In this document: positions 48,501-57,411 of the stretch, one piece after another
Position numbering within the stretch: position 1 is the first letter of the stretch
How the letters are laid out: each line of letters starts with the position of its first letter
IMG/VR virus record: IMGVR_UViG_3300037517_002797
Origin: an uncultured virus (IMG/VR IMGVR_UViG_3300037517_002797)
Lineage: Duplodnaviria; Heunggongvirae; Uroviricota; Caudoviricetes
Strand: one strand, 5' to 3'
Length of the DNA: 64,000 nucleotides
The notes under the pieces: generated by a model
The model's input: the letters and a program-made list of their open reading frames with translations, nothing else
Database searches by the model: none
What the model was told of the DNA's origin: nothing
Translations under genes and position numbers: made by a program

Positions 48501-49126
48501 CATCTATTTTTGAAGTACCGATTAGTTCAATAAACGGAGACCAAGATATTCTTAGCACTGTAAAAGGCAAAGTATGCCTATTTGTGAATATCGCAACAAA
48601 ATGTGGGTACACGCCGACGTGTAGCCCTATGTGGTCGTTTGCTAGAACTTCACGGCAGCTATGGGAACTTCAACAACTTCACGAAATGTACTACGACAAA
48701 GGATTTTCTGTCGTAGGACTTCCATGCAATCAGTTCTATGGAATGGAGCCATCTTCAAACAAAGAAATAGCCGAGTTCTTAGAAACAGCGTACCCGTTTG
48801 TCACGTTTCCAGTCACCGAAAAAGTAGACGTAAATGGAGCAAATGAGCACAGGATCTTTACAATACTCAAAGGAACCGAGACACGGCGGTCTGACGACAG
48901 CCCAGCCGACACCAGCGCCGCAGCAATGGCCGGGCAAAATCTTGCCAACCAAGCAATTGCAAGAGTGCCAGGCAACAATGAAAAGTTTATTGTCGGTCGT
49001 GACGGGCAACAACTCATGAGATTTAGCTACAGAAACTGGCCACTTGCAGAGGTATCCCTAACTAACGAGAGCGAGTGGACAATAAAAGGTGCAGTAGAAA
49101 TGCTAACTTCTGACTACAAAAAGTAG
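48497..49126 (+). CDS. glutathione peroxidase-like protein
   Basis: KGKV.LFVNIATKCGYT, GFSVVGLPCNQF, FP..EKVDVNG, EKFIVGRDG. Confidence 0.85.
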   Translation: MTSIFEVPISSINGDQDILSTVKGKVCLFVNIATKCGYTPTCSPMWSFARTSRQLWELQQLHEMYYDKGFSVVGLPCNQFYGMEPSSNKEIAEFLETAYPFVTFPVTEKVDVNGANEHRIFTILKGTETRRSDDSPADTSAAAMAGQNLANQAIARVPGNNEKFIVGRDGQQLMRFSYRNWPLAEVSLTNESEWTIKGAVEMLTSDYKK

Positions 49127-49138
49127 TAGAATACGCTT

Positions 49139-50065
49139 ATGTTTGATCCAAAGCCTGAGCATCTTGGCAGCGGCGTTGTTGTGTTTAGGAACGCCCTAGA
49201 AAACATTGATCATAGTTTTCTAATTCCTCATCTTTCCGCAATACATGAAGGAATTGTTGAAAAAGAGTACACAATTATTCACGACGAAAATGGCGAACCG
49301 CTGTACGCAATAAATAATTCCGGTCATAGGTACGAAATTGACGGTATTTACAAAGTAAATAGACTAACTGGTTTTGCTACAGATGATAAAGAAAGTAAAG
49401 CCTACAAGTTTTTTGCTTCATGCGAAGATGTTATCTACGACTGCCTCATAAGATACATCGAGCTATTTCCACTAATTCTTCCATCTCTATGGTGGAGAGA
49501 ACAGGGGCACGTTGCGGCCTACCGACCAAGCGGCGCAATGGGCTACCATTCTGACAATGATGTAAACTACAGCCCAGGCGCAGTCCCTGATATGCAATTA
49601 GCGACACGACACGTTGTGGGTGCTCTTCTGTACTTTAATGACTCAGTAGAAGAAAATGCAGACCTCACTAAGTACGAGTATGTTGGTGGAGAGTTAGACT
49701 TTAAGTACCTTGGAATTACATACAGGCCAAAGAAAGGAGACGTGTTGATGTTTCCATCTAACTACATGGCGGTTCATGAAGTCAAAGATGTGTACGAAGG
49801 CACACGATACGTCTACATTGCTTATTTTTCTCAAGGTTCTCCAGACCATGAGCGTGGAATATCTCCTCTTGAAGATTTAGATTTTCTCTGTTCAGGTCAA
49901 GTTTGGATGCCAGATCTATTCAATGACTATCATTTTTACTTAAAAAATAAATACGGAGAAGACTTAATAAACTACCCGCACCTAACTCTTCCTCTTGGAA
50001 GAACGCTAACTAGCAGCGGCACGACAGAAGAAGTTCTTAAGGAAAAGAGAAAAAATGCTAAATAA
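49139..50065 (+). CDS. 2OG-Fe(II) oxygenase, paralogue group A
   Basis: HSD...YFND...GGEL.F...FPSNY..HEV...R. Confidence 0.88.
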   Translation: MFDPKPEHLGSGVVVFRNALENIDHSFLIPHLSAIHEGIVEKEYTIIHDENGEPLYAINNSGHRYEIDGIYKVNRLTGFATDDKESKAYKFFASCEDVIYDCLIRYIELFPLILPSLWWREQGHVAAYRPSGAMGYHSDNDVNYSPGAVPDMQLATRHVVGALLYFNDSVEENADLTKYEYVGGELDFKYLGITYRPKKGDVLMFPSNYMAVHEVKDVYEGTRYVYIAYFSQGSPDHERGISPLEDLDFLCSGQVWMPDLFNDYHFYLKNKYGEDLINYPHLTLPLGRTLTSSGTTEEVLKEKRKNAK

Positions 50066-50915
50066 CAATGTAGAAGCCGAGCACCTTGGTGGAGGCGTCG
50101 TACTGTTTCGCAATGCAATATCTTTTGACGTCGCCTGGGCAGTTCAGTTTGCAGAAGAACAAATTAGCAAAGAACGTGAAGAAATGTACACTAAAGCTGT
50201 AGACCCAGAAACTGGAGAACCAGCATACTTAAATAAAAGCGGATACTACTTTAAAGCATACGGTGTTGACATAATGCCTCGCAGGGGTTCGCAAATACAC
50301 GGAACAAGCCGCGACGATGTTCGCGATTTTATTGAAGCTGTCGAGCGCGCTAAAGACGAGTATCTTTTAAAGTACTTCGTGCTGTTTCCAATTGCGTATA
50401 AAAATGTGTGGTGGAAAGTCAAAGGTCACCTTGTCTCGTATTCCACACAATACGGAGGAAGCTTTTTAGGCCCGCACTCTGATACAAGTGCCGACTACGC
50501 TTACGGCTATCCGCACCCCGGCAACCAACTCGCTACAAGAAATAGTGTTTCTTGCGTCGTGTACATCAACGATGATTTTGATGGTGGTCACCACTACTTT
50601 AATTACTTAGACATAGACTACAAGCCAAACTCAGGCGACATTCTTATGTTTCCAGCAAACTACATGGCTTCACACGAAGTAACACCGATCATTAACGGAA
50701 GCAGATACTCGTATCTTGGTTGGTATGCGCAGGGTTCTCCAAATAAAGAAGTTAATGAGCATATAGTAGATCCAGCAACTGATCCAGAACTTGCTAAAAC
50801 GGCAACAAACGTGTACATGCCGACTCTTCGCGAAGACTTTAAAAATTATTTAGACAGTATAGACCATGACAAATCTTCTCACGCCTATCAATTAGTAGAA
50901 AGAATGAGCTCATGA
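50055..50915 (+). CDS. 2OG-Fe(II) oxygenase, paralogue group A
   Basis: HSD...YINDDFDGG...HEV...R. Confidence 0.88.
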   Translation: MLNNNVEAEHLGGGVVLFRNAISFDVAWAVQFAEEQISKEREEMYTKAVDPETGEPAYLNKSGYYFKAYGVDIMPRRGSQIHGTSRDDVRDFIEAVERAKDEYLLKYFVLFPIAYKNVWWKVKGHLVSYSTQYGGSFLGPHSDTSADYAYGYPHPGNQLATRNSVSCVVYINDDFDGGHHYFNYLDIDYKPNSGDILMFPANYMASHEVTPIINGSRYSYLGWYAQGSPNKEVNEHIVDPATDPELAKTATNVYMPTLREDFKNYLDSIDHDKSSHAYQLVERMSS

Positions 50916-51676
50916 ATGCTGTTCATTTAGGAAACGGAATTGTGTATTTTAAAGACGTGTTTACCTTTGACAACGACTACTTTAGTAGTTTTGTTGAAAG
51001 ACTGCACGACACTGATAGGCGCCACGAACAGGTAGTTGCTAAAGAAGACGAAGCGTACGTGCTTACAGAGGGCGGATACAGGATCACAAGAAATGATGCA
51101 GACTACGCGCCGCGCCGTTTTTCTAAACTGACTAACTTAAATCAAGAAGATAAGAAGTTTATTGAAGAAGTTAGAGATGCAATCCACTCGTGTGTAGTTG
51201 AGTACTGCAAGGTTTTTCCAATAGTGATTGAAAACATAAGATGGGCAACAAACGGATACGTCATCAAATATGAAAACGGTCAGTCAATTGGCGCCCACTC
51301 TGACTGCAATATTGCATACGCCGAAGATGGAGTAACTCCTGTTAACTCGTTTCCAATGCAAAACATTCTTACTTGTGGGCTGTTCTTTAATGACGATTTT
51401 GAAGGCGGCACAGTGTCATACAGGCCGTGGGGCATTTCAGTAAGACCAAAGCCTGGATCAGTTCTTATATATCCTTCTTCATACATGGGTTGCCACGAAG
51501 TTGCCGCAGTCACTGAAGGCACACGGTACGCATACCTGTGTTGGTACGGTCAGGGACCAATAAATAGCTCAGACCATCGTATGACAGATCAAATAAAAAA
51601 AGAAACTGGGTACGAAACAGTCAATACAAATTCAGCTCAAAGATTTGTCCCAGTAGGGGCGATCAAGCTTTCTTAA
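50912..51676 (+). CDS. 2OG-Fe(II) oxygenase, paralogue group A
   Basis: HSD...FNDDFEGG...HEV...R. Confidence 0.88.
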   Translation: MNAVHLGNGIVYFKDVFTFDNDYFSSFVERLHDTDRRHEQVVAKEDEAYVLTEGGYRITRNDADYAPRRFSKLTNLNQEDKKFIEEVRDAIHSCVVEYCKVFPIVIENIRWATNGYVIKYENGQSIGAHSDCNIAYAEDGVTPVNSFPMQNILTCGLFFNDDFEGGTVSYRPWGISVRPKPGSVLIYPSSYMGCHEVAAVTEGTRYAYLCWYGQGPINSSDHRMTDQIKKETGYETVNTNSAQRFVPVGAIKLS

Positions 51677-52694
51677 TTTCTTGAGCAGTGTGACTTTGCC
51701 CGTATTGCGTTACACATCTGTTTTGAAACACTGGGTTAATCCCATGCTCAAGTTCTGTAGCATTTAAAGACCAAATGGAGTACTGAGACTTGCAATACAT
51801 TTCGTAGTCGTCGTAGATACTGTCAAACCACACAGGTGGACACCATTCTCTACTTTCTGAGCTTTCTACTATGTTGATGTGCGCGCTTTCGTCGTTTCCA
51901 CCCTGGCCAAAAAATGTTAAGTATGCATACCGCGTACCGCCATTCATTTTTGTTACGCCGTGTGCTGCAATGTAGTTTGTAGGAAAAAAGATGATGTCAC
52001 CTTTTTTAGGAATGTACTCTACATTTGCGTGTGGAAATTTTAGATGCCCTCCTGAAAAGTTTTCTCCATCGAGCTCTTCTTGCGTTTCTACTGAGTCATT
52101 AAAATACGCAAGAGCCCCTGCGGTCTGCCTCGCGGCGACCATACCTCGTGGCATATAGCGAACTCCACCAGTGACTTTATAGTTTGTGTCATTGTCTTGG
52201 TGCCATCCTAAGACTCCACCGCTGTCGTATCGAAGAACGTGCCCCCGTGTCTTCCACCACAGGCTTCCTACGACAAGAGGAAACATATCAATATACTTAA
52301 TAAGGCACTTGTATATTGAGTCTTCTAGCCCAACAAAATAGTCTACAATATCTTTAGGTGTTTCGTAAACAACTGGAGCAAGAATTCGCGTAGGCGCGTT
52401 TGGCACATCTTCAAGACGGTACCTAAACCCATCTTCGTTTATTCCGTACTCAACTCCGTCTTCTCCAACAGCGTATGACCATCTATCTTTGCCAATTTCA
52501 TATGCTCGACGATCAATGTAGTCTAAAGCGTACTTTTCTACGCTAAAGGCATCGTGAAATACAACCAAACCACTGCCTAGGTCTGTGTATTGAAGCTTAC
52601 TTATCTCTAAAAGCTCAGCTTCTCCAATTTTTGGAGTAGACGGCAGCACTGGCCATTTGTCAAAGTCAGCAGGTGGTTCTGAAAAATTTTGCAT
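51663..52694 (-). CDS. 2OG-Fe(II) oxygenase, paralogue group A, inverted
   Basis: HQD...YFND...GG.L.F...HGV...R; AGAGGA RBS. Confidence 0.88.
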   Translation of the reverse strand: MQNFSEPPADFDKWPVLPSTPKIGEAELLEISKLQYTDLGSGLVVFHDAFSVEKYALDYIDRRAYEIGKDRWSYAVGEDGVEYGINEDGFRYRLEDVPNAPTRILAPVVYETPKDIVDYFVGLEDSIYKCLIKYIDMFPLVVGSLWWKTRGHVLRYDSGGVLGWHQDNDTNYKVTGGVRYMPRGMVAARQTAGALAYFNDSVETQEELDGENFSGGHLKFPHANVEYIPKKGDIIFFPTNYIAAHGVTKMNGGTRYAYLTFFGQGGNDESAHINIVESSESREWCPPVWFDSIYDDYEMYCKSQYSIWSLNATELEHGINPVFQNRCVTQYGQSHTAQEIKKA

Positions 52695-52760
52695 ATGTCC
52701 TCTATTCAATACTATACGCTGTTACCAATTTTACACTGGTTATCGAGATAATATGAATGA

Positions 52761-53606
52761 ATGGCAATCAAAAAGAGCAAAACTTCTAGCAAGGCTACGC
52801 CAGACGAGACCGGCAAAATAGTCATATCAAATGAAGAGCTTAAAAGCTGGAATCTGTATATCGCAGTTCCATGCTATGACAACACTGTTACAGAGCCGTT
52901 CATGATGTCACTTATAAAGTCAATGCTGACATTTACAAATATAGGTCTAAAGACAAGTGTAAGCACTTTAGCGGATTCACTGATCTCAAGGTCAAGAAAT
53001 ATGCTTGTAGCAAAGTTTATGGCAAATCCAGAGTACACTCATTTGCTTTTTATTGACTCAGATATATCGTTTGAGTCCGACTCTATTCTCAAGTTGCTGT
53101 GGCACAATAAAGACGTAATTGCTGGAGCGTACCCGGTAAAAGAAATAAACTGGGAAAAGACAGAAGCTATGGTACGCGAAGGAATTCCGATAAGGCAGGC
53201 AGTAAAAGAATCTGCACGGTTTGCTTTTAGCGCAATAGAGCCTGGCCAAACAAAAGTAGACATCTCAGATGGAGCAATATCTGCGTACGACCTTGGTACT
53301 GGATTTATGCTTATTAAGCGAAGCACAATTGAAAAAATGATTGAAGCATTCCCTGAACTTAAGTATGTAGATGACACTGGCGGACTGAGTTCTGAAGAGA
53401 AAAAGTACTCGTACAATTTTTTCAATCCGCATATTGACTCTCGCCAGCGGTATCTTTCAGAAGACTACGCTTTTTGCAGATACTGGCAGCAACTCGGAGG
53501 AAAGACGTGGCTTGATCCTTCAATTGATTTAGTGCACACTGGCCGGTTCAAGTACAGTGGAAGCGCCAATTCGTACGTCAATAGTATTATGACAATGCCA
53601 AAATGA
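52761..53606 (+). CDS. GT-A fold glycosyltransferase-like protein
   Basis: IAVPCY, SLISRSRN, FIDSD, GTGFMLIKR, SEDYAFC..W. Confidence 0.75.
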   Translation: MAIKKSKTSSKATPDETGKIVISNEELKSWNLYIAVPCYDNTVTEPFMMSLIKSMLTFTNIGLKTSVSTLADSLISRSRNMLVAKFMANPEYTHLLFIDSDISFESDSILKLLWHNKDVIAGAYPVKEINWEKTEAMVREGIPIRQAVKESARFAFSAIEPGQTKVDISDGAISAYDLGTGFMLIKRSTIEKMIEAFPELKYVDDTGGLSSEEKKYSYNFFNPHIDSRQRYLSEDYAFCRYWQQLGGKTWLDPSIDLVHTGRFKYSGSANSYVNSIMTMPK

Positions 53607-55342
53607 AAATTGCAGTCTACACAATAGCACTAAATGAAGAGCAGTTCGTCGAGCCGTGGTTCAATTCTGCTAAAAACGCTGACTATTTGCTAATTGCGGA
53701 TACAGGCTCAACTGATGGCACAATTGAAAAGGCACGAAAGCTTGGCATTAATGTTGTACAAATTTCAGTAAAACCTTGGAGATTTGACGACGCTAGAAAC
53801 GCATCACTTGCGCTGATACCACCTGACATTGATATATGCATTGCGCTTGACATGGACGAAGTCTTTGTTGAAGGCTGGCGAGATCATCTAGAAAATATGC
53901 CAAAGGAAACAACAAGACCACGCTACAAATATGTGTGGAATTGGAACCCAGACGGAACAGAAGGCCTGGTGTACGGCGCGGATAAAGCGCATGCACGCCA
54001 TGGCTACCGCTGGGTTCACCCAGTGCACGAGGTGCTTTCACCAACTAACGATGAATTTCAAGCTTGGATTGGTATGGAAGTTCATCATCATGCTGATTCT
54101 TCAAAGTCCCGCGGACAGTATCTTCCTCTGCTTAAGAAAGCTGTTGACGAACGCCCGAATGACGATAGAAACGCTTACTACTACGCTCGTGAATTATTCT
54201 TCTATGGAAAGAATGACGAGGCTGTAACAGAATTCAAGCGTCATTTAGCCCTACCGACAGCGCAGTGGCGGCCAGAGCGAGCAGCGTCAATGCGGTACTT
54301 AGCAAAGATAGAACCGCACGAGGCAGAGACGTGGCTTCTTCGCGCTGCGGCAGAGGCGCCCGACTCCCGTGAGCCGTGGGTTGAACTTGCGTTTCATTAC
54401 TACACGGCAGGCAAGTGGGAAAACTGCGTGTCATCAGCAAGGCGCGCGCTAACAATTAAAGAAAAGCCGCTGGTATACCTTAATGACGCATCTGCATGGG
54501 GAGCTCTTCCTCATGACCTTGCGGCAATCTCGTCGTGGAATATTGGAAACAAACACGAGGCTATTTCGTATATACGAGACGCGCTTAAGTTTGAACCAAA
54601 CAACGAAAGACTGCAGTCAAACCTTGCGATGATGCTTCGCGAGACGTATCCTGTGCAGGTTACAGCAGTGATTCCAACAAAGTCAAACGTGGCCGGTGCG
54701 TTAGCTGTAATTGAAAAGCTGCAAAACGACCCACAGGTTATTGAAATTGTTGTGGTTGCAGACGGACCAAATGCGCATGCAACATACAAGAAAGTTCTTA
54801 AAGATAAAGAAAAAGTAACGCTAAAGAAAGTTGACTTAGCTGTTGGAATTCACGTCATGTGGAACATCGGAATTGCTGTGTCTGCCAGGAACAACACCGC
54901 AACGGCCTTTGTAAACGACGATGTAGTTCTTGAAGATAACTGTATTGGCTCACTTGCCTCGCTTCTTGAGTATGACAAGAGTCTTGGACTAACATCTCCG
55001 CTGTATGACTATAGAAAGTTTACTGACATAACTCAGGACGTGACATCAACAAGCAACGGCAGAACTGATGGCAGTGGCGGACTTGGTGGATTTTGCATGG
55101 TGCTTCCAGAAGACCTGACAAAAGAATGGCGCTTCGACGAGTCAATGAAGTGGTGGTACGGAGACGACGATGTACTTATGTGGTGCAACACAACAAAGAA
55201 GCGCCGCGGAGTACTGACGTGCATTACAAGATGCAGTGGAAATCGGTCGCTCACGATTGCAACCGATCCTCCACCTAACTTTAGAGAAGTAGTACAAGAC
55301 GATAAGCTTAAGTTCTACATCAAATGGAATTTGGAGGCGTAA
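53603..55342 (+). CDS. GT2 glycosyltransferase with TPR repeats and second GT-A domain
   Basis: IALNEE, DTGSTDGT, FDDARN, LDMDE, VHE; TPR helices; C-terminal VNDD...WYGDDD. Confidence 0.85.
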   Translation: MKIAVYTIALNEEQFVEPWFNSAKNADYLLIADTGSTDGTIEKARKLGINVVQISVKPWRFDDARNASLALIPPDIDICIALDMDEVFVEGWRDHLENMPKETTRPRYKYVWNWNPDGTEGLVYGADKAHARHGYRWVHPVHEVLSPTNDEFQAWIGMEVHHHADSSKSRGQYLPLLKKAVDERPNDDRNAYYYARELFFYGKNDEAVTEFKRHLALPTAQWRPERAASMRYLAKIEPHEAETWLLRAAAEAPDSREPWVELAFHYYTAGKWENCVSSARRALTIKEKPLVYLNDASAWGALPHDLAAISSWNIGNKHEAISYIRDALKFEPNNERLQSNLAMMLRETYPVQVTAVIPTKSNVAGALAVIEKLQNDPQVIEIVVVADGPNAHATYKKVLKDKEKVTLKKVDLAVGIHVMWNIGIAVSARNNTATAFVNDDVVLEDNCIGSLASLLEYDKSLGLTSPLYDYRKFTDITQDVTSTSNGRTDGSGGLGGFCMVLPEDLTKEWRFDESMKWWYGDDDVLMWCNTTKKRRGVLTCITRCSGNRSLTIATDPPPNFREVVQDDKLKFYIKWNLEA

Positions 55343-55343
55343 C

Positions 55344-55868
55344 ATGCACGGCGCGGTAACTCAGTGGTTTGGCTATTCACTTAGTCAGATTGCGGCTCGA
55401 GAGAGTATAAAGAAAACTGGGAACAACGTTCTTGAGATCGGAAGTCTTGACATTAATGGCAGCATTAAGTCAATGTTCAGTGAACTTACTTCTGAAGGTG
55501 GATCATACCTTGGAATTGATCTTCAAGAAGGCCCTGGTGTAGACATTGTTGTTGACGGGGTGGCGTTTAGAAGCGATACACCGTTTGACATCATCGTGTG
55601 TGCTGAGGTATTTGAGCATACTCCAGTATGGCCGTCAATCATTGCTAATGCGTACAACCACCTTGTTCCCGGTGGATTTTTCATTGCAACGATGGCAGGA
55701 GAAGGACGACCACCTCACTCAGCTATAGATGAGAATCCAATTCGTAGTTGGGAATACTACAAGAATGTTACAGCAACAGAATTAGCGCAGTACCTGCAGA
55801 TATTCGCAGATGGCGAAGTAAACGTCCAAGACACCGATACTAGGTGCTGGGCTGTGAAGCAGTCTTAA
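55344..55868 (+). CDS. SAM-dependent methyltransferase
   Basis: VLEIGS.DING, YLGID...GPGVD, FDIIVC.EVFEH, L.PGG. Confidence 0.85.
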   Translation: MHGAVTQWFGYSLSQIAARESIKKTGNNVLEIGSLDINGSIKSMFSELTSEGGSYLGIDLQEGPGVDIVVDGVAFRSDTPFDIIVCAEVFEHTPVWPSIIANAYNHLVPGGFFIATMAGEGRPPHSAIDENPIRSWEYYKNVTATELAQYLQIFADGEVNVQDTDTRCWAVKQS

Positions 55869-56385
55869 GCTTTTTTACTTTCTTTTCTTTAGCTTTTTCT
55901 TTTTCGTTCTTTTTCTTTTCATCACGCGTTTCACGGTCAGAGTGGTACGCAGTTACGGCGTTAGCGCTAGTGCGGCTACGCCACACGAACTGGCACTCAT
56001 CACAAACTACAAGCTTCATTTTTGTCCACCGTCCGCCTTCTGGTGAGTCAGCAACAACTACCCTAAGCTTATTAGGGCGACCACCGCAATGAGGGCAGTT
56101 TGGAAATCTTTTACGTCTAACTTCTTGGCCAGTGTATGAAACGGACAATGCACGACGAAGTTCTCCTTCATCTTTTCCACCCCACACGCCATGTATTTGT
56201 TTATTTTCAAGAGCCCACTTAAGGCATTGACTTCTTACTGGACATGTGTAGCATAAGTTTTTAGCTGCGTACTTTTCTTTTGGAACTTTTGAGAACCAGT
56301 ACTTCTTAATGTGTGCGTTTTCTGGCTGTGCGCATGCGGCATCGTCCATCCACGCCACGTCGCTCAAGCCTCCAGGCTTTTTCAC
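55840..56385 (-). CDS. whiB: WhiB family regulator with C-terminal zinc ribbon
   Basis: WMDDAAC, AKNLC.TCPV...C, GVWGG; then CPHC...CDEC and basic tail. Confidence 0.85.
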   Translation of the reverse strand: MKKPGGLSDVAWMDDAACAQPENAHIKKYWFSKVPKEKYAAKNLCYTCPVRSQCLKWALENKQIHGVWGGKDEGELRRALSVSYTGQEVRRKRFPNCPHCGGRPNKLRVVVADSPEGGRWTKMKLVVCDECQFVWRSRTSANAVTAYHSDRETRDEKKKNEKEKAKEKKVKKLKTASQPST

Positions 56386-56720
56386 GTAATTTCAACCCAC
56401 ACAACCTCGTGAATTGAATCAACAATGTCACCAAGCTGTGTTTCGCCATCTTCGTTGCACGCATACTTTTCGTGCGAACCGTCAACCGTACCTGCGTAAC
56501 CGTAGCTTGTCTTTGCATTTTCTATCTTTTTGAAAGCGTCACCAAGAGAATCAACTACTCCGTCGCGTTGAATTGCAGATGCGAGCGCTCGTTTGACTAT
56601 CTCGTGCTCAGTGTCAACGTGATCTTCTGTGTAAAAGACGACAGTAGAACTATTATAAGTTCTGTAGCCTTCTCCAGACCATTCTGACCATAGGCACTCG
56701 CCTTTTCTTGAATCCTTCAT
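56382..56720 (-). CDS. hypothetical protein
   Basis: GTGA coupled to whiB. Confidence 0.7.
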   Translation of the reverse strand: MKDSRKGECLWSEWSGEGYRTYNSSTVVFYTEDHVDTEHEIVKRALASAIQRDGVVDSLGDAFKKIENAKTSYGYAGTVDGSHEKYACNEDGETQLGDIVDSIHEVVWVEIT

Positions 56721-56836
56721 GCGTATAGCATTGTATCTCGCATTCTAGTGATTCCTGGTCACGTCTAATTTATAGATGCTTAGACGACTATCACACCATT
56801 TTTAAGAGCTTCTAGTGAATGTAGAAGCGTCTCAGA

Positions 56837-57343
56837 TTAGTTTGCGTAGCCGTCCTGATGAGGCCATAAGTAGTCGTAGGTTGGTGGCTGCTCACCAGTG
56901 TCCTCTGGCCAACCAAACTGCTTGTACCACTCATAATTTTTGCAAAGCAGCGCGGTGCGGTGAGTAGAGCACAAATCTGCGTAGTACTTTGCATCTGCCA
57001 TCCATGGTGGAACAATTAGCTCTGACGATATGCGACCAAGCTCAAGAGCCTTGTCGTAGGTGCGGTACGTCTTATCAAGAAGTGTTGACTTGTAACCGCG
57101 CGAGATCCACTCAAAGTATGTCGCTGAGATGTACGAAACAAATAGCGTCTCGTAGCCGCGCCACATACGGACAACTGGATGGTTTGTCCAGCCTTTAGGC
57201 TCGCGATGCTCGTTGTTCGGGTCGAGCTTGCACATTGTCATAAGGCACTGCCATGCCTCGAGCGTCTGCTTATGCAGTCGCTTATTGTCGAGATGATGGG
57301 CCGTAAGCTCGAATGACTCGGTGTTTGTAAGAAATGATTGCAT
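56837..57343 (-). CDS. MSMEG_6728-like protein (pyrimidine dimer glycosylase superfamily)
   Basis: MQSFL...LD.KRL.KQ..E..Q, W.NHP.V.MW.G, PPW, HR..LL.K...Y, Y.WP. Confidence 0.8.
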   Translation of the reverse strand: MQSFLTNTESFELTAHHLDNKRLHKQTLEAWQCLMTMCKLDPNNEHREPKGWTNHPVVRMWRGYETLFVSYISATYFEWISRGYKSTLLDKTYRTYDKALELGRISSELIVPPWMADAKYYADLCSTHRTALLCKNYEWYKQFGWPEDTGEQPPTYDYLWPHQDGYAN

Positions 57344-57411
57344 GTAGCCGTCCTTTGTCGTTGGCTACATTATACATCATTAGTGGCCATTTTTTGTGAC
57401 CAACCAAAGTA

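Noticed and set aside
44225..49126. Selenocysteine in GPx-like genes
   Set aside because: Active-site codons are TGC/TGT; no in-frame TGA
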